Shown here piece after piece: positions 57,405 to 64,000 of a stretch of DNA of 64,000 bases; the stretch's first letter is position 1, and each line of letters opens with the position of its first letter. Position numbers and translations under genes: made by a program. Source of the stretch: Prevotella sp. (GTDB lineage Bacteria > Bacillota_I > Bacilli_A > ML615J-28 > CAG-313); assembly GCA_023665755.1 (NCBI GenBank), contig JAMPDF010000001.1, positions 344,181 through 408,180 of the forward strand, in the 5' to 3' direction. Under the pieces are notes generated by a model that saw only the letters and a program-made list of their open reading frames with translations, made no database searches and was not told where the DNA came from.

Positions 57405-59888
57405 ATGATTAAACTTGTCAACGTAAATAAATACTATCAATCTGGAAACGATAAAATTCATGTTATTAATAATTTGAATTATACTTTTCCTAATACTGGT
57501 CTAGTTTTTATCCTAGGTCCTAGTGGTTCTGGTAAATCAACTCTGCTCAACTTATTAGGTGGATTAGACACACCCGATAGTGGAGAAATTTGGATTGAAA
57601 ATAGACAATTATCAAGCCTATCCAAAAAAGAAAAGAATAACTATTTAAATAGTTATCTAGGATTTGTGTTTCAGGAATACAACATTTTAAAAGATTTAAA
57701 TTTATCACAAAACATTAGCCTATCTTTAGAAATTCAAGGATGCAAGAAAAAAGAAATTAAGCAAAAAACAAAACAAATTATCCATGATGTCGAACTAGAT
57801 GGGTTAGAGAAAAGAAAAGTATCCCAATTATCAGGTGGTCAAAAACAACGCATCGCTATAGCTAGAGCACTTGTAAAAGATCCTAGTTTAATTATTGCGG
57901 ATGAACCCACAGGAAATTTAGATAGTGAAACCAGTGCTAAAATATTTGATTTATTCAAAAAATTATCACAAGACCGCTTGATTATCATTGTTACTCACGA
58001 TGATGAGTCAGCACAATTGTATGGAGATGATATTTTAAGAATTGATACCGCAAATATTGATTCTAGTAATGAAGATCATACTCAACTTCTAGCTTCTTCT
58101 GATTCCCTTTCTACAAGTTCACCTCTTAAATCGGATCGGAAATTGTATTTAGAAAATTCAAAAGTACCACTAGGTACAATTCATCGCATAGCCTTTAAAA
58201 ATATTTGGAAAAAGAAATTTAGATATTTACTGATTATGATTATTGCGTCTATTAGTCTTGCCTTTTTGGCATTTGCCATTGAATTAAATGGTGATAAACT
58301 TTATCAAAACGCCTATACTATGGTAAATAACAATAACCATTATACTGATATTTATCAGTATCGTCCAAACCAAAACTCTATAACTAATGATTTTTATAGC
58401 AAATATGAAAAGGGAAATCTAATGGATAATTCCTATGCTATCATTAAGCAATTTTCACCCGATTTGATTATTCATAAGTATCAAAAAGTATCGATAAATT
58501 ATGCTAAGTATTTAATTGAAAAAGCAAACTTTTTATATTCAGGAAAAATTGATACCATTATCCTTTTTGATTCTAGCAATTCTTACAAACTCATTGCGGG
58601 AAGACTACCTAATAATAGTGAAGCAGAAATTTTAATTACTGATTTTCTTCTAGATGCTTTTAAACATTTCGGTATATTTGATAAAAACGCACAAATATAT
58701 GATGTCTTAAATAAACAAATAGATTTAGGATATGATATAGATTTCAAAATTGTCGGTATCATTGAGAGCAACTACAAGGATTGGATTCATTTAAATCGTT
58801 TAAGCCTTTCTTATGAAATTGATCCTTATGATAAAGACTTCCAAGGTTTTGAATACGACTATTTGATGATGAACTCTATTGTCGTTGGTAGTAATTACTA
58901 TGACTATATTTTGAACACTGCATTTCAGAATACAAAAGTTTCTATCAATCAATATGAATTAGTAGATTCCAATTTGATGTCTTATCATAATCAACCCATT
59001 TTAGTTGGTAGTACACCCCAAAATGCCGATGAAATAGTTCTTCCTTTCTCTTTAGCAAAAGATATATTGCATATTACAGATTGGCGCTATCAATCTTATG
59101 ATAACAATTGGAAATACAATTACTTAACGACTAATTTCATCAATCCAGGCACGTACATTCCTGTACTCACCAAGTACAATGAATTTGAAACGGATTCAGG
59201 GGACGTAGAATTATTTGCTTCCACTAATTTTAAAATTGTTGGTTTTACAAGTGGCAATGATTTTCTAATTCATCCAACAGGTTATGCCAATTACAGTGAG
59301 AGTATCCTCGAATCTAAAGTTAAAAATGATGAAGAGCGAATTATTGTTGAACTACCTAATGATCCAAAACTATTTTTGAAACAATTTAAACAAGTTTATA
59401 ATAATGATTATCATTTTGTTATTGATATCTTCCTTTATAAAGATCAAATTGAAAGTTATAACGTAGATCCTTTGATTGAGTTTGCATCAACTGGTGGATT
59501 AATTGTTTTTACAATCATGACAATAGGTATTATGTGGACGGTCATTTCAATTGAAATCGTTGATTCCAAAAAAGAAATTGGAATTATGCGTTCCATTGGT
59601 TTAAATGGAAAACAGGTATCCACTATCTTTATCATACAGATGCTATTTATCAATTTACTTGCCTATTGTATTTCTATCCCTCTTGCCAATTATGCCATTT
59701 ACCATTTCGGATCTGGTATAACTGATGCATTAGGCGAAATTCGGCTTTCACTATATACTATGACCTATCGTACGCCGATTTATCTACTTGTTTTTGTAAT
59801 CTTAATTACGGCTATATCGACTAGTATACCTTTATTTAAGATTATGTCGCAAAAGATAGTTAATGTCATCAATGATAGAGATAAATAA
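57405..59888 (+). CDS. Second fused ABC transporter ATP-binding protein and FtsX-like permease.
   Basis: GPSGSGKSTLLN, LSGGQKQRIAIARA, IIADEPT. C-terminal TM domain. Confidence 0.8.
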   Translation: MIKLVNVNKYYQSGNDKIHVINNLNYTFPNTGLVFILGPSGSGKSTLLNLLGGLDTPDSGEIWIENRQLSSLSKKEKNNYLNSYLGFVFQEYNILKDLNLSQNISLSLEIQGCKKKEIKQKTKQIIHDVELDGLEKRKVSQLSGGQKQRIAIARALVKDPSLIIADEPTGNLDSETSAKIFDLFKKLSQDRLIIIVTHDDESAQLYGDDILRIDTANIDSSNEDHTQLLASSDSLSTSSPLKSDRKLYLENSKVPLGTIHRIAFKNIWKKKFRYLLIMIIASISLAFLAFAIELNGDKLYQNAYTMVNNNNHYTDIYQYRPNQNSITNDFYSKYEKGNLMDNSYAIIKQFSPDLIIHKYQKVSINYAKYLIEKANFLYSGKIDTIILFDSSNSYKLIAGRLPNNSEAEILITDFLLDAFKHFGIFDKNAQIYDVLNKQIDLGYDIDFKIVGIIESNYKDWIHLNRLSLSYEIDPYDKDFQGFEYDYLMMNSIVVGSNYYDYILNTAFQNTKVSINQYELVDSNLMSYHNQPILVGSTPQNADEIVLPFSLAKDILHITDWRYQSYDNNWKYNYLTTNFINPGTYIPVLTKYNEFETDSGDVELFASTNFKIVGFTSGNDFLIHPTGYANYSESILESKVKNDEERIIVELPNDPKLFLKQFKQVYNNDYHFVIDIFLYKDQIESYNVDPLIEFASTGGLIVFTIMTIGIMWTVISIEIVDSKKEIGIMRSIGLNGKQVSTIFIIQMLFINLLAYCISIPLANYAIYHFGSGITDALGEIRLSLYTMTYRTPIYLLVFVILITAISTSIPLFKIMSQKIVNVINDRDK

Positions 59889-59892
59889 AGCA

Positions 59893-59922
59893 TAAAAAGC
59901 AGTCAAATGACTGCTTTTTTGT
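59893..59922. terminator. Bidirectional rho-independent terminator.
   Basis: GCAGTCA..TGACTGC hairpin flanked by A and T runs. Confidence 0.5.
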
Positions 59923-59927
59923 ATGTT

Positions 59928-60638
59928 TTACTTTTTCTTTTTATGATTCATTTTTTCCTCTAATGATAACAAATACCGCTTCATATGCGTATTGATTTTT
60001 ATTATTGGAGAAAAAATGTTTTCTTTTTTTACTTTTTCTACAAAAGACTGTGCTTGTTGTTTAAAATTCATTAATATAATGCGTTCATGAATTCGCATAG
60101 CATAGGCTTTAATTTTATGCATCACATCAAGAGAAACAATCATATCAATTAAAAATATACCCATATATAACCCCATCATAAATATGCCAATGGGTTGATT
60201 AGCCATATAATGAGCAAGTGGTGCTAACCAAGGATAAATTGCGTAATAAAAGCCAATAGAAAATAGTCCCCAAACTAATGAAAATAATGGACAAATGATG
60301 CCTTTATAATTTCCCCATTCCTTAGAATAATCCCATAACATAATATGATATACTTTTACAAAGAAAATACCTGTAATTAGTTCCAATATAGTCATAATTA
60401 CTGCCGATGTAATAAATATACAAAGACATTTTAAAATGGGTTCTTGAATCAAGGATAAATCAGCTTGGCAAATACAATACATAATTAGTCCACCACAACC
60501 ATAAATAGGAAGTGAACATCCATGCATAAAACCTGGATTAATCAATCGTTTATTTCGGATACTTCGAAAAATTACTTCATTTATCCACCCTGCTACACAA
60601 CAAAACATAAATACAAATACAATTTCAAAAAAATACAT
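59928..60638 (-). CDS. Polytopic membrane protein (DUF1113 / putative ABC-transporter type IV-like).
   Basis: Motif WINEVIF...GCSLPIYGCGG. 236 aa with multiple TM helices. Confidence 0.35.
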   Translation of the reverse strand: MYFFEIVFVFMFCCVAGWINEVIFRSIRNKRLINPGFMHGCSLPIYGCGGLIMYCICQADLSLIQEPILKCLCIFITSAVIMTILELITGIFFVKVYHIMLWDYSKEWGNYKGIICPLFSLVWGLFSIGFYYAIYPWLAPLAHYMANQPIGIFMMGLYMGIFLIDMIVSLDVMHKIKAYAMRIHERIILMNFKQQAQSFVEKVKKENIFSPIIKINTHMKRYLLSLEEKMNHKKKK

Positions 60639-60652
60639 TATTCAATATCCTC

Positions 60653-61696
60653 CTAAAAAATAGGTAATTGTAAAGCAAGTTGTACCAATAAATACATTAT
60701 TGGAAAACTGATAAGACAAATGAGTGTAGATAGTAAACACATTTGACTAGACAATGATGCTTCTGTATCAAATTGTGAAGCATATGTATTAACTACAGCT
60801 GAAAGAGGTGCCCCAAAACCAATGACAAGGGTTGCTAAGGAAAATGGACCAAGATGAATAATCTGCAAAGCCTGTAAAACGATTAATATCAATAATACCA
60901 AAAGTGGAATAACAATGGTTCTAAGCATAGCTAACATCCAAGCTGTTTTATTCTTCATTGCATCCCCTATTTTTTCCTCACCCAAAACACTTCCTACTAA
61001 AATCATTGCTAGAGGCGTGGTTAGACTTTTTGTTACATCTAGTACTTGATAAAGGGCAGGTAAAGTTTGATCAATTCTAAAAATAGAATAATCAATTTGA
61101 TTGATTGATACCTGAGGAGCAATGTTTTGCGTTAACCATATCAATAATCCGATGAACATCGCAATCATAATCGGATTTAAAACAATTTGGCGAAGAGATG
61201 ATTTTAAATTTTCAGAATTAAACTGCAATTTAGACATCACCAAATAACAATAAATATATAGAATGAAACGAAATACGATTGTGACCATATTGGCATAAAT
61301 CATAATTTCCCCACCATAAATAGCTAAAAGTACGGGTATAGAAAAAAAGGTGAATTGTCCAACTGTCATCAATATGCTATAAATTCTTCGCTTTTCTTTT
61401 CCCTTTCGAAAGAAAAGCAACTGTCCCATTAGTAAAAAGAATATATAAAATACAATAGAAAGAACGAGGACTACCAGATGTTCTAAGAAAGTCTCAGCAT
61501 GAAAATCCGTCATAAAACTATTGAATGCCATCGCTGGAAGGGCTACTTTGAGTGTCAAAAAAGTGATTACCTTTTTTCCATCATGATTCAATATTTTATA
61601 ATGTGCTAAAACAAAGCCCAGTAAAATAAATGCTAGTGAAATAAGTATGGCTGATAAAAACTGTTTGTCTTTGAGTATAGAGAAAATTGCTTCCAA
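60653..61696 (-). CDS. AEC (auxin efflux carrier / malate permease-like) family transporter.
   Basis: 347 aa with about 10 TM helices. The N-terminal block is typical of Mem_trans. Confidence 0.6.
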   Translation of the reverse strand: MEAIFSILKDKQFLSAILISLAFILLGFVLAHYKILNHDGKKVITFLTLKVALPAMAFNSFMTDFHAETFLEHLVVLVLSIVFYIFFLLMGQLLFFRKGKEKRRIYSILMTVGQFTFFSIPVLLAIYGGEIMIYANMVTIVFRFILYIYCYLVMSKLQFNSENLKSSLRQIVLNPIMIAMFIGLLIWLTQNIAPQVSINQIDYSIFRIDQTLPALYQVLDVTKSLTTPLAMILVGSVLGEEKIGDAMKNKTAWMLAMLRTIVIPLLVLLILIVLQALQIIHLGPFSLATLVIGFGAPLSAVVNTYASQFDTEASLSSQMCLLSTLICLISFPIMYLLVQLALQLPIF

Positions 61697-61759
61697 TATA
61701 GGACCTCCATTTCTTCTTATCTATTATATCATAACTATATCCATATTTCAATCATTGCG

Positions 61760-62131
61760 CTAGTCGTTTTGCCCTTCTGTTTCTAGTCTTTTTTTATTGG
61801 TGTGAATAAAAATGACACGCTCTCCAATTAATTCTAACACCAATATTCTTTTTCTAAGTGTTTCTGTATCCTTACTAAAAGAGACCTCCGATTCTTTTAC
61901 CGCAAGTCTTCCTTTTATCCCTACAATATCACCTTTTTGAATATATTCGCATGTTGACTGTGCAACACCATTCCAAAGCGATACACGAATAAAATCTGTC
62001 TCTATATTGCCTTCCATATTTTTAAATGGTCTTGCTACAGCAAGCGTTAACGTGGATGCAATAACCTCTTCATACTTTCTAAGCGTCGGATTCTCTACTA
62101 CTCTCCCAATTAATGTCACTTGATTTATCAT
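61760..62131 (-). CDS. ssb: Single-stranded DNA-binding protein (short SsbB-like form without the acidic tail).
   Basis: OB-fold blocks VTLIGRVVENPTLR, DFIRVSLWNG, KGDIVGIKGRL. RBS GGGAGGT. Confidence 0.65.
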   Translation of the reverse strand: MINQVTLIGRVVENPTLRKYEEVIASTLTLAVARPFKNMEGNIETDFIRVSLWNGVAQSTCEYIQKGDIVGIKGRLAVKESEVSFSKDTETLRKRILVLELIGERVIFIHTNKKRLETEGQND

Positions 62132-62369
62132 ATACATACCTCCCAATTGATGTTACCATTATACGCTAGTTTTTATTTTTTTCCTAATCATCTATTGGTT
62201 CTTTTTCTTGTTCATAGCCAATTCTTTTTTCAATATTTTTACTTGATGCTACTTCATTTTTGATATACCAAGGAAGTACATTGCTCATATTTGACAAAGA
62301 AAAAAGAATAGAAAGTTTTTGTATTTTTTCATCATTTTGGCAAAGAATAAAAGTAAAGGATGTGAAAAT

Positions 62370-63368
62370 ATGAAGAAATATAATTATCAATATTATATTT
62401 TTGGTATATATTTGATTTGTGGTAGTTTTTCTTTATTTGCCTCTAATTTGGCCATGAATATTTTTTCTTCTTATTCCTATGTTATTTTTTTTGCCTTGCT
62501 ACCCATTTTATTCCTATTTATCTTCTTTCTTCCTAAAAAAAGAAATGTTCTACTAGCGCTATCTCACCATCACTTCTTACGTATTCTATTGTATTTGTAT
62601 CTTATTTTGAGTAGTTTTTTTCAAATGTTTTCTTACATCAATGTTATTAGCGATTACTACTATCCTTTGACTCCTAAATACGTTCTCTTTTTCCTCTTAT
62701 TGCTTTGTAGTCTTTTTATTGGCCACTATGGGATATCTAATATCGCCAAAATGGGATTTGTTTTGTTTTTATGTACATTATCTTTATATTCTATTACTTT
62801 ATTTAGCGAAACTAAGCATGACTTTTTACTTCTACAAACCAATATGAAAACAACGATTCAACCTTTTTATGCGCTATCGTTTATTTTTGTTTTTTTAGAT
62901 GTCTTTTTATTTTTTCTCTTGCTTCCCTTTGAAAAGGTGAAAAAAACCAATTTATTTTTGGTCCTTTTGGTTGGCATTCTTATTAGTAGTTTATTTATTT
63001 TTGAAAATTATCTGTTTTTCCCGGCTCAATTTTTTGATAATGTCAAATACCCTTATATCTTTAAATATTTGTCATACAAAAAAGCACAATTCTTTGAACA
63101 TTTTGATTTACTTTATTTGATTTGTGTTAGTTTGTACATGCTCCTTCATCTAGGAATGCAACAAGAAATGGCAAGACTCGTTTTATTAAAGAAAAGAAAA
63201 ACAATTTCTGCATTTCTATTTCCATTTATTCTTACCCTTTTGTATTTCTTGTTAAAAGGCTTTCATTTTACTACACAGATAAATATATTATTTATGAGTG
63301 CTTGTAGCATTTTGATTACTGTTTTCTTTATTTTTTATTATATAATCGAAAGGAGAAAAAAAGCATGA
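62370..63368 (+). CDS. Spore germination protein GerAB-like (APC-type permease).
   Basis: About 10 TM, F/L-rich. It is translationally coupled to the downstream GerAA-like gene. Confidence 0.45.
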   Translation: MKKYNYQYYIFGIYLICGSFSLFASNLAMNIFSSYSYVIFFALLPILFLFIFFLPKKRNVLLALSHHHFLRILLYLYLILSSFFQMFSYINVISDYYYPLTPKYVLFFLLLLCSLFIGHYGISNIAKMGFVLFLCTLSLYSITLFSETKHDFLLLQTNMKTTIQPFYALSFIFVFLDVFLFFLLLPFEKVKKTNLFLVLLVGILISSLFIFENYLFFPAQFFDNVKYPYIFKYLSYKKAQFFEHFDLLYLICVSLYMLLHLGMQQEMARLVLLKKRKTISAFLFPFILTLLYFLLKGFHFTTQINILFMSACSILITVFFIFYYIIERRKKA

Positions 63369-64000
63369 ATCCCATTCAGCAATTTTTAGCCGATGCTCGC
63401 CTACAAGATGATGTATGTGTCCAAGATGTCGAAATGGATCAACTTCACTATACCATTGTTTATGCAGTTCAATTTGTAGACATCCAGAAATTTAATTTTG
63501 AAATCAAGCCACAGATACTGCCTTCTAATTACCAACAACTCACTCGTTTATTTCTTGGTCTTTGTAAGCCTATTACTGACTGTTCCGTATCTGAACTAGA
63601 GTTTTTACTCTACAGTGGAAAAATCCTTGTCTTTTTTGAAGATGAACAATACCATTACTATTTTGAATTCACCAATAAACCCAAACGATCTATTTCAGAA
63701 AGTACCATTGATCCAGAAGACCCTATGTCATCTAGAGATGGATTGGTCGAAGACCTTGATGATAATATTACTCTTATCAAAAGACGCTTAAAGACCAACG
63801 ACTTACAAATTAAGAAATATCAACTTGGTCTAATCAATAAGAACAATTGTGCTGTAATGTATATGAAATCGTTTCATGACAAACTTTCCTTACATACCAT
63901 TTTAGAAAAACTTTCCAAGTACAAAGAAGATATTGTCACTTCAATCAATGATATTGCTATGCTTTATCAAGATGATTCTTTGCTTCCTCAGATATTCAAT
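63365..64000 (+). CDS. Spore germination protein GerAA-like. It is 3'-partial and continues beyond the window.
   Basis: The SRDGLVEDLDDNITLIKRRLKTNDLQIKKYQLG...AVMYM block is typical of the GerA N-terminal region. Confidence 0.5.
   Translation, partial: MNPIQQFLADARLQDDVCVQDVEMDQLHYTIVYAVQFVDIQKFNFEIKPQILPSNYQQLTRLFLGLCKPITDCSVSELEFLLYSGKILVFFEDEQYHYYFEFTNKPKRSISESTIDPEDPMSSRDGLVEDLDDNITLIKRRLKTNDLQIKKYQLGLINKNNCAVMYMKSFHDKLSLHTILEKLSKYKEDIVTSINDIAMLYQDDSLLPQIFN

Noticed and set aside
1-64000. Search for CRISPR arrays, tRNA or rRNA genes, and insertion sequences.
   Set aside because: No regularly spaced direct repeats, no cloverleaf-compatible GTTCGAAT-containing segments outside coding regions (the one at about 51190 is inside the EF-G gene), and no transposase ORFs were seen.

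Overview
This is an AT-rich window (about 30% GC) from a low-GC Firmicutes genome. The host is a spore former: gerAB and gerAA-like genes sit at the right edge, and the window also holds a DarA/PII-like c-di-AMP receptor and an SSB.

Host genes lie at both ends. Left: an XRE-like fragment, a zinc-ribbon protein, an SPFH/YdjI-like protein, glpK, and an NMT1/SsuA-like ABC substrate-binding lipoprotein. Right: the ABC permease and ATPase of the same transporter, a P-type ATPase, a class-I amidotransferase/peptidase C26, a NUDIX hydrolase, a divergent EF-G paralog, darA, a WG-repeat protein, two fused ABC ATPase/FtsX permeases, an AEC transporter, ssb, and gerAB/gerAA.

The central ~40 kb (about 5088..44958) is a prophage. 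A large serine recombinase sits at its right end, next to a lysogeny switch (cI-like XRE repressor, ImmA-like metallopeptidase, Cro-like XRE). A leftward early operon follows: small ORF, SpoVS homolog, SbcC-like AAA ATPase, RecT, MBL nuclease, replisome organizer, PAPS-reductase-like protein, ASCH protein, and many small ORFs. Then comes a ParB-domain DNA methyltransferase, TerS and TerL, portal, a MuF-like minor head protein with an extra C-terminal HExxH domain, scaffold, major capsid, head and tail proteins, and two very large tail or fibre proteins.

The prophage inserted into the 3' end of the ABC permease gene. The detached permease C-terminus is still readable next to the substrate-binding gene.

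The most notable items:
- a canonical type I hammerhead ribozyme core on the early leftward transcript, between cro and the first early genes;
- a phage-borne SpoVS homolog;
- a MuF-like protein whose C-terminal extension plus a small overlapping downstream ORF look like a toxin/immunity pair;
- an 11-gene cargo block of unusual composition (a BclA C-terminal-domain-like protein, R/D/Y-rich and Q/N-rich low-complexity proteins, a Gly/Cys-rich membrane protein, and a sigma region-4-like regulator), followed by a five-gene membrane/coiled-coil block, in a phage with no recognisable endolysin, holin or tape measure;
- a recurring TTTTGTC operator-like motif in the switch regions.

No tRNA, rRNA or CRISPR array was seen.

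All calls rest on reading the sequence and its translations by eye. No database searches were run.
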